The notes: generated by a model from the sequence alone, not told the origin. A stretch of 64,000 bases of DNA from a bacterium (GCA_965202625.1 CBDBBI010000010.1:448001-512000); one strand, 5' to 3'; counted from the first letter of the stretch, positions 1 through 10,551 are shown. Numbers and translations: made by a program.

Positions 1-555
1 GCAAAGCATAATTTTGGCGAGGCCGAAAAAATTCGAACGGAGGCGATTGGAGTTGCGGGCAAAAGGATTTTTCGCATTCTGATTGATTGTCCAACAAGGG
101 CGGCCGCAACTCTTTGGCTGGAGAAAGAGCAGGTCTACGGCCTTTCGATGGCCATGAAGAAGATGGCGGGTGCGAAAGAGCCGGAAGGGCGAGCGAACCC
201 GGATGCGGATTTTCCGGACGTCGCCGAGGCTGATTCCGCACCGCTGAGTCCCGGCGTCTTGCTCGAGTTCAAGGTGAGTCGTTTGGGGCTTGCGTATGGG
301 CCGGGCGAGAGTCGTGTCACCGTCTTTTTCTACGACGAGTGCGATGAGGTTTCTGAAGGAGAAGAAGAATACGAGGCGGAAGCCGTCTCCCCCCCTGCGT
401 TGCAGGTGAACATCGGCCAGGCGCAGATGGATGAATTTATCACCCAGAGCTTGGATGAATGCGCATCCGGGCGGGGAACCGACGCTCTCTCTCGCCACGC
501 CATGGTGGCTACCGGAAAAGTTGACCCCAATACGAATGGGCATTTTCATCATTAG
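1..555 (+). CDS. DUF3090 family protein (5' end outside the window)
   Basis: Frame 1 is open from base 1 (..EAIGVAGKRIFRIL..LWLEKEQV..), ends ..TNGH, and lies directly upstream of an SCO1664-like gene, the usual pairing. Confidence 0.75.
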   Translation, partial: AKHNFGEAEKIRTEAIGVAGKRIFRILIDCPTRAAATLWLEKEQVYGLSMAMKKMAGAKEPEGRANPDADFPDVAEADSAPLSPGVLLEFKVSRLGLAYGPGESRVTVFFYDECDEVSEGEEEYEAEAVSPPALQVNIGQAQMDEFITQSLDECASGRGTDALSRHAMVATGKVDPNTNGHFHH

Positions 556-586
556 GGCGTCGCCGTCCATCCCATAGGAAAATCCA

Positions 587-1366
587 GTGGCCCGGAGATA
601 CGCATCTCGCAGAAGCCCTGACTCTTTGGAGCCGTCTAGAGCGCGGGCGCACCGATTCGCGCCGGAGGAAATCGAAGACCTCCTCCGTACTTCCGAAATC
701 CTGGACGGCGAGCTGGTCCCGCAAGGCTCGAACTATACGTTCGCCGTGAAAATGAGCGCGGAGAATCTTCAGTTTTGGGGAATATACAAGCCGGCGTGCG
801 GAGAGCGTCCCCTTTGGGATTTTCCTTACGGGACGCTTCATCTGCGGGAGAGGTGTTCTTTTTTGGTGAGTCGTCATCTGGGGTGGCACTTGGTTCCTCC
901 GACGGTCATTCGAGAAGGCCCGCATGGCGAGGGTTCCCTGCAGCTTTGCGTGCCCTATGACGGGAAGTCGAACTATTTTACGCTCAGGGCGGAGGCGCGC
1001 CCGGAACTCTTGTTGCTCGCCGCTTTTGACGTCATGGTGAACAACACGGATCGCAAGGGTGTGCATTGCTTTAAGTCCGAAGACGGCCGCGTCTGGGGGA
1101 TTGACCATGGTCTCACGTTTCATTCTGAGCCAAAGCTGCGCACCGTTATCTGGGACTACGCGGGGTTTTCCTTGCCCAAGGAGCGGGTGCGCGACGTCAA
1201 TCGTCTCGATGAGGACTTGCGAAATGGAGAAAGCCCTTTGAGGCGCGAGATGGACGCCCTTTTGGAGTCTGAGGAAGTGGGCGTTTTTATAGAGAGAGTG
1301 ATGCGGTTCAGGGAAAAACCATGCTTGCCGACGCCGGAGGAGTATCGGCGCCTGCACTTTTCATAA
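587..1366 (+). CDS. SCO1664 family protein (PI3/PI4-kinase-like fold)
   Basis: GSNYTF, IYKP..GERPLWDFP, NNTDRKGVH, GIDHGLTF motifs. Confidence 0.9.
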   Translation: MARRYASRRSPDSLEPSRARAHRFAPEEIEDLLRTSEILDGELVPQGSNYTFAVKMSAENLQFWGIYKPACGERPLWDFPYGTLHLRERCSFLVSRHLGWHLVPPTVIREGPHGEGSLQLCVPYDGKSNYFTLRAEARPELLLLAAFDVMVNNTDRKGVHCFKSEDGRVWGIDHGLTFHSEPKLRTVIWDYAGFSLPKERVRDVNRLDEDLRNGESPLRREMDALLESEEVGVFIERVMRFREKPCLPTPEEYRRLHFS

Positions 1367-1510
1367 TTTTGGAGCCTAGGTTGCAACGGTCGAGGAGCCG
1401 GAAGGCGAGCGAGGGGCAAGGATAGAGAGATTAGGCGGGAGCAGGGAAAGTTTCCTGAAACCCGAAAATGGTTCGTGACGGCGATTTTGTCCGGAAATAT
1501 CGATTGGCAA

Positions 1511-1854
1511 TTATATACTTGAATCTGCAAAGGAATTAAGAAAATCCCTTTCCATGCAATTATCCACAACAACTTTAGTTGTTGGATACTACCAATTTTT
1601 CCAAACTTGGTTACATTAAATATATTAAATATAGGAAAAATATCTGCTACAAAAACCGCAAATGCGTTTTGTGTCACCAAACACCCCGAGTGTGTTTCTT
1701 TTTTTGCTTGTTCTTTCATGGCTTCTCTTTTTTGTGCTTTTTGATCGTTGGATGTTTGCTTGGCGAATTGTGGTGGCTTATATTTCTCTACACCCTTCAC
1801 ACAACCCACTAGAATTATCCCGATTGCAACAATTCCCAAGATAAGATTTCTCAT
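1511..1854 (-). pseudogene. AT-rich small lipoprotein gene, probably frameshifted near 1590
   Basis: Signal peptide with lipobox ILVG-C; low GC; a shifted frame gives YPTTKVVVDNCMERDFLNSFADSSI-stop at 1511, whereas the unshifted ORF runs on into SCO1664. Confidence 0.45.
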
Positions 1855-2044
1855 TATTGCAACTCCCGGTATGTTGTTCTTATTCCCATATCGGTTTGAC
1901 CATATAATTTCTTGATTCTATCTGAAAGGGAAACTTTCTGCCTTTAGACGTTTACGGCAGGTGGTTCAATGAAAACAAAATATAACTAACAACCAGTAAA
2001 AGAGCGAATTGAAGCGAGATAATTTGGTGCTTCTTCGGCGAACG

Positions 2045-2947
2045 CTAGGTGTTCTTGTGCCAGAGCCGGGGGCGGTTCACCTTTTTGATATGGGTCGCGA
2101 CGTATCGCACGAGGTCGGGGTTGCCGATGAGGAGGGATCGACGCCATTTGCGCGCGGCGTCTAAGTCTTTGGGCGTGTTTTCCTCCGAGAAGAACTTCTC
2201 CAACTCGCTCCATCTCTCGGTATAGAGACGCCGGGCGAGTGTTATGCCCCCCGCCTCTTTCACGATGAGAGTCCCTGCCGCCACGTCCCAGATGCTCGGG
2301 ACGCTAAAGAGCGCGTAGTGCAGGCTGCCGCGCGCCACGAGTGCCTGCTCGTAGCACATAGAGCCGGTGGAGCGCACCTCGCCCAGGTTTTTCTTGAGTG
2401 GTCCCGTAGGGCGAAATTGCGTCCAGTACGTCCCAGGGAGCGCGGCGATACGCTTTCCCGTGGGTCGATTCTCGCGCGCGGCTTCAATGGGGCGCCCATC
2501 CCGAAACGCCCCGCCTCCCTCGTGCGCGCAATAGATGACGCCTTTGTCCTCAGGTGTGAAAATAGCCCCCGCAACGGGGCGACCACGCTTCAAGACCCCC
2601 ACGGAACAGCCCCAGACGTGTAAGCCGTTCAGAAAATTTTTCGTGCCGTCCAGAGGATCCAAAACCCACAGATATTCGGGCAACGCGCGCGCGCCCTGCC
2701 TTGTGGCCTCATCCTCATCTTCGGGTTTCTCCTCGCCGAGGACGCCATGAGCGGGAAATTTCTCGTTTATCGCCTTTGTCAAAAACGCCTGGCTCGCGCG
2801 GTCGGCTTCGCTCACCGGGTCAGTTTCGTCCTTGTTTTTGTAGTCCACCTTCACTTGCGCACCGAAAAGACCCATCAACATTTCTCCCGCCTCACGGGCG
2901 AATTTTGAAGCGGCATCGCTGAGGGTCTGGGGGGTGGGGTCGCTCAT
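2045..2947 (-). CDS. Inositol monophosphatase family protein
   Basis: LGEE, WVLDPLDGTKNF, WDVAAG motifs. Confidence 0.92.
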   Translation of the reverse strand: MSDPTPQTLSDAASKFAREAGEMLMGLFGAQVKVDYKNKDETDPVSEADRASQAFLTKAINEKFPAHGVLGEEKPEDEDEATRQGARALPEYLWVLDPLDGTKNFLNGLHVWGCSVGVLKRGRPVAGAIFTPEDKGVIYCAHEGGGAFRDGRPIEAARENRPTGKRIAALPGTYWTQFRPTGPLKKNLGEVRSTGSMCYEQALVARGSLHYALFSVPSIWDVAAGTLIVKEAGGITLARRLYTERWSELEKFFSEENTPKDLDAARKWRRSLLIGNPDLVRYVATHIKKVNRPRLWHKNT

Positions 2948-3993
2948 GCCTCGCGCTCCAGGGGAGATAGGCCCAGTCTTCGCGCGATTTCGTCGAGCTC
3001 CGCAAGCCGCTCGGGCGATAGTGTAAAGCCGTCTCGTCTGCGCGCCGTCTCCTGCTGACGCTCGATTTCGCCCGGTATGAAAATGCGCTCGACGCCCACC
3101 GCCTTTGGTGTCGCCTTGATGACGGAGATAAACGCGTTGGCGGCGGCTCGAAATTTCGACAAGGGGAGCAGTGCCTCGACGTTGATGGCCGCGAAAACGC
3201 TGGTGACGCGACTCTTGCCGCTGAACTCGTTGATACCCACGATTTCGTGGCTATGGCCTCCACCGGCGAACGACCCCAATATCGCGTCAATCACGATGGA
3301 AAGGCCGCTTCCCTTATAGCCCGCAATCGGGGAAAGGAGGGAGCTTTCCAGAACCTCGTTGGGGTCGGTGGTGGGTTTTCCCTCCTTATTTAGTCCCCAA
3401 CCCTCGGGAATGGTTTTGCCGGCACGCGCCGCCTCAATGATATAGCCGCGCGCCACGACGGAGAGTGCCATGTCCAGCACCATGGGCGGCTCGCTTGGCA
3501 CGGCGATGGAGATGGGGTTGTTGCCGATCTTGGCTTCGCGTCCTCCGGCCGGCGGCAAAACGCGCAGCGTGTTCGTCGTCACGAGGCCCACCATGCCCGC
3601 TTCCGACGCAATGGCTGCATACGTTGCCGCGGCGCCGAAATGGTTGCTCTCCTTGAGCAGGACGACGCCCACGTTGTGTTTTTTCGCGCGTGCGATGGCC
3701 TCTTCCATCGCGCGTCTGGAGACCACTTGCCCCATGCCGTTGTCGCCATCGGCGAGTGCGAGCGCGCCGGCGCCCTTGACGAGCCGGAAATTCGGGTTTG
3801 GATTCGCCAACTTGACTTCCAGCCGTTTGGCGTAATGGGGCATGCGAATGACTCCGTGGCTGGTGACGCCGCGCAACTCGGCCATCACGAGCGTCTCCGC
3901 CGTCCAGGCAGCGTCTCCCTCCGGCAAACCCAACTTCGCGAACGCCTCACGCAAAAACAAGTGGAGCTTCGCGCCTGTCGTATGCCCTCTCAT
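2944..3993 (-). CDS. Ldh_2 family (malate/L-lactate/sulfolactate-type) NAD(P)-dependent oxidoreductase
   Basis: RGVTSHG, SNHFGA, GNNPI, LDMA, GYKGSGL, IPGE motifs. Confidence 0.92.
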   Translation of the reverse strand: MRGHTTGAKLHLFLREAFAKLGLPEGDAAWTAETLVMAELRGVTSHGVIRMPHYAKRLEVKLANPNPNFRLVKGAGALALADGDNGMGQVVSRRAMEEAIARAKKHNVGVVLLKESNHFGAAATYAAIASEAGMVGLVTTNTLRVLPPAGGREAKIGNNPISIAVPSEPPMVLDMALSVVARGYIIEAARAGKTIPEGWGLNKEGKPTTDPNEVLESSLLSPIAGYKGSGLSIVIDAILGSFAGGGHSHEIVGINEFSGKSRVTSVFAAINVEALLPLSKFRAAANAFISVIKATPKAVGVERIFIPGEIERQQETARRRDGFTLSPERLAELDEIARRLGLSPLEREA

Positions 3994-4631
3994 TCGAAGC
4001 CCTCGCGCGTGAACAAATACGCCATCCCGTGCCTAACGTGTTCTCCGATGCTCACCGCGCTCAAAAAGTCAGTCCGAGAAACCGACCATCGGTTCACCTC
4101 GCTCAATTCCCTCACGCTCCAGCCGGGCGCGTTCCATAGCGCCTCGCTTCCGGCGTAGCCCGGTCCTCTTTGCGCTACTGCCAGGTACCAGCGCAGGCTG
4201 GGTGCGCGCAGTATCAGCTGCTCGGCGCCGGAATCAAACGGCAGCCAGCAGGAAAACACGAAATCAGGCGCGTGGGCGATGAGCGCGTCTCTCGCGTCCA
4301 AATGCTCGGTTTCACCGCTGCCGACTGGATCGGTGAGCGTAAGGTTCACTCCGCCCGCTTGCAGTGCTTTTCCAATCACGGCGTTGCCGGCCCCTACTTC
4401 AAGGAGCCTTCGGGGCGAGAGAGCGGAGATTTCTTCTATCAGCGCATCCAGCCACTCTACGACGGGGAGTTGATAGATGTTTTTTCTTTCGCAGAAAACG
4501 AGCCAGCCTTCGCCTCGCTCTTCCTTGGCAAGCCTCGATATGGCTTCGGCGTAGGGCAGGGGGTTCACCCAGAGCTCCGCATGAAGCGAACCTTTGTCTG
4601 TCGTTTTACGCGCGAAACAAAGCGACACCAT
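3990..4631 (-). CDS. Hypothetical protein with SAM-methyltransferase-like motif
   Basis: LLEVGAGNA motif I-like, VFSCWLP; stop overlaps the next start; start codon uncertain. Confidence 0.6.
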   Translation of the reverse strand: MVSLCFARKTTDKGSLHAELWVNPLPYAEAISRLAKEERGEGWLVFCERKNIYQLPVVEWLDALIEEISALSPRRLLEVGAGNAVIGKALQAGGVNLTLTDPVGSGETEHLDARDALIAHAPDFVFSCWLPFDSGAEQLILRAPSLRWYLAVAQRGPGYAGSEALWNAPGWSVRELSEVNRWSVSRTDFLSAVSIGEHVRHGMAYLFTREGFE

Positions 4632-4704
4632 CGGGGGAAAGCGCGCGCAACCCCTCGCGCGACGAACCCTCCGCCAGGCAGCTTCCGGTTGATGGCGCTT
4701 ATCT

Positions 4705-5916
4705 TTATACGCTAGGGCCGTTTCTGTTGATGGCGAAGGCGTTGTCCTCATGGAGAATTTCGGCTTTCGTCATTTTCCCGCTCGCGACGTCAAGCACCTC
4801 GTCATAAACGCGCCGTCCCGCCACTTCGATGGGCGCGCCCTCAAAGATGTCCGTCACATCCACGTCCGTGGTGTCGGCCTGTAGCCTCGCCGAGAGAGGG
4901 TTGCCCGTGATGCGGATGGTGCTCATCAAGGGGTGGTTGATTGTGTGGCCGCCGCCGGTCGAGAAAATGAGCACCTGGGCACCGCCCGCGGCGATGCCGG
5001 TGATGGATTCCCCCCCGTGGCCCGGAGTGTCCATCACGTGGAGTCCGCTTTCGCGTCCCGCGCGCCTCGCCCACGGAATCACGTCCACGATGGGGGCCGA
5101 ACCCGCCTTTTGAATGGCGCCCAGAGATTTCTCTTCTATGGTGGTCAAGCCGCCTTCCATGTTGTCGCCCGTGGGCTGGCTGCCTCTCAGGTCAACGCCG
5201 CAGGCGAGGATGCGCGCCTCCATTTCCTCCACCATTTTCCAGATGCGCTTGCCAAGAGCCGGTCTCACGCATTTGGCGGCTAGGACGTCTTCGCCGCCCA
5301 TCATCTCCGTCGTCTCGGCCAAAAGCGCGCGTCCGCCCTGCTTGACAACCTGATCGGTCACCCAGCCGGTGGCTTTGTTGTGGGAAAGCCCTGACGTCGT
5401 GTCCGAGGTCCCGCAGTTGAGGCCCAGCAGGAGTTTGCTCACGGGGATTTCCTGGCGGCGTTCGCTCGTGAGGCTTCTGAGCATCTCCATGCCGATGCGC
5501 GTGGCCTTGGCGGTGGCATCTATTGCGCCCCCGTCTTCACGAATGTTGATCGCCTCCACACGCTTTCCCGTTTTGGCGATTTCATGGGCGATCTCCTCCG
5601 CCGTGCAGCCTTCCTCCCGGTGGTGATCGATGACGATGACGGCGCCCGCGTTCGCGTTTTTCCCATGTCCGACGAGGGTTTCAAACGTTCGCTGAATGTC
5701 GGGGCCGATCTGGCAGCGTCCCAGCGGGTGGGTGAGGGCGACGCTATGCCTTAGGGTTCTGGCGACGCGCTCGCACGTGGGGTTGGCGTAAAGGGTGCCA
5801 CTTAGCAAGAGCAGGTAGTTTCTGGCGCCCACGTCTCCATTTTCCCTAGGGTATCCCCACCAGGCTTTTCTCAGGTGTCGCGGCGATTTCACGGCTTTTC
5901 CGTTTTTTCTGGCCAT
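4705..5916 (-). CDS. UxaA/GarD/SuyB family dehydratase or sulfo-lyase, large subunit
   Basis: GYPRENGDVGARN, CGTSD..SG, GGLTTIEEKSLG, MDTPG, FSTG motifs. Confidence 0.9.
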   Translation of the reverse strand: MARKNGKAVKSPRHLRKAWWGYPRENGDVGARNYLLLLSGTLYANPTCERVARTLRHSVALTHPLGRCQIGPDIQRTFETLVGHGKNANAGAVIVIDHHREEGCTAEEIAHEIAKTGKRVEAINIREDGGAIDATAKATRIGMEMLRSLTSERRQEIPVSKLLLGLNCGTSDTTSGLSHNKATGWVTDQVVKQGGRALLAETTEMMGGEDVLAAKCVRPALGKRIWKMVEEMEARILACGVDLRGSQPTGDNMEGGLTTIEEKSLGAIQKAGSAPIVDVIPWARRAGRESGLHVMDTPGHGGESITGIAAGGAQVLIFSTGGGHTINHPLMSTIRITGNPLSARLQADTTDVDVTDIFEGAPIEVAGRRVYDEVLDVASGKMTKAEILHEDNAFAINRNGPSV

Positions 5917-5932
5917 GATGGGACTCCTCTTT

Positions 5933-6226
5933 CTAGGCGAGGTCGCCGCGGCCGCGGGCGCTCTCGATGTTGTGGACGTGAACGTAGTCGCCCACCTCGA
6001 TATCCTGGCTCGCCACGCCGATGGACAAGCCGTATTTCATGCAGCGTTCGCCCTTTTTGAGAGGCTTGACGCAAATTTTGTGGATGTAAGGAATCGCCCG
6101 TTTGGCCTTGAGCGTTTCGCCCATCTTACCGTTGAGCATGAGGCGAACAGAATCTCCTTCCCCCACTTTTTCGAGACAGGTGGCAACGTTGTCTCCCTCT
6201 TCAATGATCATGGCGGTTACGGGCAT
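5933..6226 (-). CDS. SAF-domain small subunit of UxaA/SuyA family
   Basis: DNVA, IPYIHKI, KYG..IG, VHVHNIESARGRGD. Confidence 0.9.
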   Translation of the reverse strand: MPVTAMIIEEGDNVATCLEKVGEGDSVRLMLNGKMGETLKAKRAIPYIHKICVKPLKKGERCMKYGLSIGVASQDIEVGDYVHVHNIESARGRGDLA

Positions 6227-6359
6227 ATCTTCTCCTTCAAAAATCAGGCCGCGAAAGGCCGCTCGTATGATGGATACTTGAGGAACGTCCAATCAGAGCA
6301 ATTCATAAATCTAGCGTATGGCGGCCCACACTTCAACAAAGACGAAGGTTTTCACCCGC

Positions 6360-7409
6360 TCAGACCCTGGGCAACGGCGCCACGCCCACCTCCGCCGCTA
6401 TACGGTCCATATCCTGGACGAGCGCTCCCTTGAGCATGATGCCCTCAGAGAGAGCGGCTTGATATCTGCGGTGCGCGCCCTCGCCCGGAATGCGAATTTC
6501 ATCGAAGCCGGGTGCCAGACCCGACGCCTTGAGCCGCGCGACGGCCTCGTCAACGGCCGCTTTGTAATCGCCGCCCAGGCATCTGTCCGGGTCTATCGCC
6601 ATGACGAACATGGGGAGGCCAAAGGGTTTTTCCGTCTCCAGCCAGTCAGGTTGGTCGGCCTCGAAGCCGTTGCCCGACAATGCTCCTGTCAAAAAGGTGA
6701 ACATGAGCGCCAGTCCGTATCCTTTGTAATCGGCTAAAGGCAGCATCGCGCCCTTAGCGGCCAGGGCGGCGTCCGTGGTCGGATTGCCCAGAGGATCCAG
6801 TGCCCATCCCTCGGGAATTGGCTCTCCAGACTTGGCCGCCAGAAGAACGTAGCCTCTCGCCACTTTGGACGTCGCAATGTCAAAGAGGATAGGGTATTCT
6901 TGGTTGGATGGAACCGCGAAGGCCACCGGATTGTTTCCGAGCATGCGCTCGGAACCACCCCACGGGGCGAGATTCCCCACCGCCCCACTGATGACCACGC
7001 CTATCATGCCATGAGCGAGTGCCATGGCGGCAAAATAACCGATGTGGCCCGTGTGAGAGGATTTTCTTATCGCGGCCGCGCCGATTCCACCGGCCCGGGC
7101 GTTCTCGATCGCGACCTCTACGGCGCGGCGCGCAACGACGGCGCTCATGCCGTAGTCCCCATCAAGGAGGGAAAAGGCAGGTAGGCTCGTGATCGTCCGG
7201 ACGGAGGGCCTCGGGTTCGCCGTTCCGTTTCGGAGGCGATCCGCAAAAACTCCGAAACGGACGCAGCCGTGAGAATTCACGCCTCTCAGCTCGGCGTCCA
7301 CCATTTGGGCCGCGCACATTCCGGCATCAGGTTCTGGCAGCCCGAGGGCTTGATAGGCGCGCGCGAGATACGCATGAAGCGCTTTTGCGTCCACCTTGAC
7401 GTCCAGCAT
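6360..7409 (-). CDS. Ldh_2 family oxidoreductase
   Basis: RGVNSHG, SSHTGH, GNNPVAF, FDIATS, YKGYGL; ATG 7409 preceded by GAGGAG. Confidence 0.92.
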   Translation of the reverse strand: MLDVKVDAKALHAYLARAYQALGLPEPDAGMCAAQMVDAELRGVNSHGCVRFGVFADRLRNGTANPRPSVRTITSLPAFSLLDGDYGMSAVVARRAVEVAIENARAGGIGAAAIRKSSHTGHIGYFAAMALAHGMIGVVISGAVGNLAPWGGSERMLGNNPVAFAVPSNQEYPILFDIATSKVARGYVLLAAKSGEPIPEGWALDPLGNPTTDAALAAKGAMLPLADYKGYGLALMFTFLTGALSGNGFEADQPDWLETEKPFGLPMFVMAIDPDRCLGGDYKAAVDEAVARLKASGLAPGFDEIRIPGEGAHRRYQAALSEGIMLKGALVQDMDRIAAEVGVAPLPRV

Positions 7410-7532
7410 ATTTTTCTCCTCGCGCGCGAGCATCACGAAGCGCAAACTCGCCCTTCGCGTTGGCGAGCGGAAAAAAGAGTGGTAAGAGTCATTGCTCATG
7501 AGTTTGCCTTTTGATGGGGAGGGTTCGCAAGC

Positions 7533-8621
7533 ATGAAAGCATGGCGTTTCTACGCTTTCGGAGATATGAGACTTGACGATGTGCCCGACCCTGAAGTGAA
7601 GCCGGGCTGGGTTTTGTGCAAGGTGCGGCGGGTTCAGCCAAGCATAACCGATGTGCAAAGAGCCTTGGGCGTTGGAACCATCAATTCGGCACTGCTGAGG
7701 GATATGCTCTCCAAACACGCACCGGTGCAGTTGCTCGGACATGAGATGAGCGCGGAGGTCATTGAGGTGGGAGAGGGTGTAACACGCCTGAGGCCGGGCG
7801 ACAGAGTGTGCACCTCCGGCCATGTACCATGCCTCAAGTGCGCATACTGCCGAGAGGGACGGGAGATGTATTGCGTCGACAAACTACATGTGGGCATCAA
7901 TACGCCGGGCGCGTTCGCTGAGTATATCCGCCTTCCGGCGCACGGGTTCGTCAAGCCGCCTCAAACGCTCGACGATTCCTCGATCTCCTGTCTTCAGCCC
8001 CTCTCCTCGACGGTCGCCGCCATGCGCGACGCGCGAATTGAGCCAGGCGAGACGGTGGCCATCACCGGCCAGGGGGTCATGGGCTTGTACGCCTTGCAAG
8101 CGGCGCGCACCTGTGGGGCGGGCACCGTCTACGTCAGCGACGTGAAGGAAGAGGCGCTGGCCTTGAGCCGTAAATTTGGCGCGGATGAGATTGTCGACGC
8201 GAGGGAGGACGACCCGGTGGAGAGGGTGATGGAGACAACCGGAGGCAAGGGCGTTGACCTCGTTTTTGAATGCGCTGGCGGCAACGCGGAACAGGGACTC
8301 TCGGGTCACGACACGCTCCACCAGGCGACGCGCATGGTGCGCATCGGCGGGCGCGTCGTTCAAATCGCGGGCCTCGTCGGAGAGGCGAAGTTCGATCCGG
8401 TTTTCATGCGCGCGCAAGGGGTTCGGTGGATTTTTCCGGAGGGGCACGGGGCTGATACGGTGGCGCTGGGAGGAAAGTGGGTGGCGAGCGGAAGAATTGA
8501 TGTGCGCTCTCTCGTCACGCACGAGGAGCATGGAATCGATAAGCTGCCCAGAGTGATGGAAGTTACCAGCAAGAAGGCCGAGTATCGGGCGACGAACCCT
8601 TGTCAGCTTGTGCTGACGTAG
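7533..8621 (+). CDS. Zinc-binding alcohol dehydrogenase (MDR) family protein, atypical catalytic site
   Basis: LGHE, structural CxxCxxC..C, GQGVMG; QPSITD replaces the usual GxCxxD. Confidence 0.88.
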   Translation: MKAWRFYAFGDMRLDDVPDPEVKPGWVLCKVRRVQPSITDVQRALGVGTINSALLRDMLSKHAPVQLLGHEMSAEVIEVGEGVTRLRPGDRVCTSGHVPCLKCAYCREGREMYCVDKLHVGINTPGAFAEYIRLPAHGFVKPPQTLDDSSISCLQPLSSTVAAMRDARIEPGETVAITGQGVMGLYALQAARTCGAGTVYVSDVKEEALALSRKFGADEIVDAREDDPVERVMETTGGKGVDLVFECAGGNAEQGLSGHDTLHQATRMVRIGGRVVQIAGLVGEAKFDPVFMRAQGVRWIFPEGHGADTVALGGKWVASGRIDVRSLVTHEEHGIDKLPRVMEVTSKKAEYRATNPCQLVLT

Positions 8622-8669
8622 GGAATTTATCATGGTTGCGTCATTCATCGCTGATGAAGGAGGAAGAAA

Positions 8670-9458
8670 ATGGATCTTGGCTTGAAGGGAAAAATCGCCA
8701 TCGTGACGGGTGCGAGCCGGGGTATTGGCCGCGAGTGCGCGATCGCGTTGGCAAAAGAGGGCGCCCGCGTGTGCGCCACGGCGCGCGATGAGGCGCTTTT
8801 GGCTAGGGTGGTAGAGGATGTAAACGCCGCCGGGGGCGAAGGCTTGCTCGTTTCCTCCGATCTGACCACGCTGGATGGCTGCGAAAAAGTGGTCAATGCG
8901 TGCGCGGCGCGTTTCGGCGGCGTGGATATACTCATCAACAGTGCGGGCGCTGCGAAGGGCGGAGACATTCTGACACTTGACGCAGAGCGCATCACGGACG
9001 CGCTCGCGTTGAAAACCTACGGGTATCTTCGCATGTCCCAGTTGGTGATACCGCACATGCGAAAGAACGGCTGGGGACGAATCGTGAATATTGCGGGCGG
9101 GGCGGGCGCGAGCCCGGCGCGGGGAAACATCCCCACGAGCGCGGCGAACATCACGGTACTGAACAACACCAGGGCACTCTCCGACGCCGTGGCGGGAGAC
9201 GGAATTCAGGTGAACGCTGTGTGCCCTGGCATGACGAATACGCAACGCGCGAGGGATATCATGCAGGGCGCGGCGGACAAGGCGGGGAAGGGCGTAGAGG
9301 AGATATTGAAAGAGGCGGGCGCGAGAACGCCGGCTGGCAGAATCGCCGAGCCCGAGGAAGTGGCGAACGTCGCCACGTTTTTGGCCTCCGCCGCTTGCAA
9401 TTATGTGAACGGCAGCTCCATCTACATGGATGGAGGCGGTCGCAGAGGAACGCCATAG
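8670..9458 (+). CDS. Short-chain dehydrogenase/reductase
   Basis: TGASRGIG, NSAG, VNAVCPG, MDGG; YxxxK replaced by TSAAN. Confidence 0.9.
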   Translation: MDLGLKGKIAIVTGASRGIGRECAIALAKEGARVCATARDEALLARVVEDVNAAGGEGLLVSSDLTTLDGCEKVVNACAARFGGVDILINSAGAAKGGDILTLDAERITDALALKTYGYLRMSQLVIPHMRKNGWGRIVNIAGGAGASPARGNIPTSAANITVLNNTRALSDAVAGDGIQVNAVCPGMTNTQRARDIMQGAADKAGKGVEEILKEAGARTPAGRIAEPEEVANVATFLASAACNYVNGSSIYMDGGGRRGTP

Positions 9459-9762
9459 GCGGCGGCCGCTCGACTTTTCTCTCTTCCAAGCGGCGTTTTG
9501 CTCGTCAGAAAGAGCCCTGCCCAGAGGATTTTTTTCCTTGGGTTCTGGGGGATGTAGGGGTGGATGAAAAAATCTTTTGACGAATGTTCTTTTGAGAGCA
9601 TAGGACTTGGAAAGCGTCTTGAACCCGAACGCGCGCGGTGGAAAATCTGTTTCGCTCACGCGAGTCGCCTACCTCCGGCAAGGCTGTTCCCGGGCGGGTG
9701 AAACACGCGCAGTTGCGTCAGCCGCGTGCGTTTTCGCTCCTCTCTGATCGCGCGCGAAGGTG

Positions 9763-10524
9763 CTACATGGCTAGTGTGCCCCCGTCGCACGATATGAAAG
9801 CGCCGTTCATAAAATCGTTTTCATCCGAGACTATGAAGAGCGAGACCTCGGCCATTTCCTCAGGACGCGCGAAGCGGTTCACGGGTATCCTCGGCAGTTT
9901 CGCTCTGGCGCGTTCTGGGTTGTCAAGATGAATTTTTCTCACACGCTCGCTCTCTGTGGTGCCCGGCATGAGACAGTTCACGCGCAGTCCCATGGGGCCA
10001 AGCTCCACGGCCAACGCCCGTGTTAAATTGTGCATTGAGGTCTTCGTGGCGCAATAAAGCGCGTTGCCGGGGACGCCGCGCTCGCCGTCAATGGAGCCGA
10101 TCATCAAGATTTTCCCCTTACCTCGGGGCGCCATGCGCCTCGCCGCCTCTCGCGTGGCGATGAACACGGATTTCGCGTTCACTTCATACAGATCGTCAAT
10201 TTCCTGATCCGTGAACTCCAGGAAGCTCTTGTGCGCCCGCATGGCGGCACAGTTCACCATGATGTCGAGCACGCCAAGGTATTGCGCACCGTCGCTGAGA
10301 ATGGTGTTCGCTTCTCTCGCGTCTTTCAGGTCATAGCATCGACCGTTGATGTTGCCGCCTCCCTCCCCGCCCTCGGCGATGATTTTATCGAGGTGCTCTT
10401 GATTGTGGCCGCCTGCTGCCCACAAGGATGCGCCCTCCGCGCTGAATCTGCGCGTGATGGCCGCGCCAATTCCCGATGAGGCGCCCGTGACGATGACGTT
10501 TTTCCCCGCCAGTTTGCCCGGCAT
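9763..10524 (-). CDS. Short-chain dehydrogenase/reductase
   Basis: TGASSGIG, YCATK catalytic motif. Confidence 0.92.
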   Translation of the reverse strand: MPGKLAGKNVIVTGASSGIGAAITRRFSAEGASLWAAGGHNQEHLDKIIAEGGEGGGNINGRCYDLKDAREANTILSDGAQYLGVLDIMVNCAAMRAHKSFLEFTDQEIDDLYEVNAKSVFIATREAARRMAPRGKGKILMIGSIDGERGVPGNALYCATKTSMHNLTRALAVELGPMGLRVNCLMPGTTESERVRKIHLDNPERARAKLPRIPVNRFARPEEMAEVSLFIVSDENDFMNGAFISCDGGTLAM

Positions 10525-10551
10525 ATCTTGCTCCTTGATAGATGTGAAAAG

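Noticed and set aside
4705-6226. Naming the lyase genes suyAB or uxaA
   Set aside because: Family is clear but motifs are intermediate, so substrate cannot be assigned by eye
7884-9659. 591-aa minus-strand ORF and many other long overlapping ORFs
   Set aside because: Antisense shadows of well-supported genes in GC-rich DNA, with no motifs
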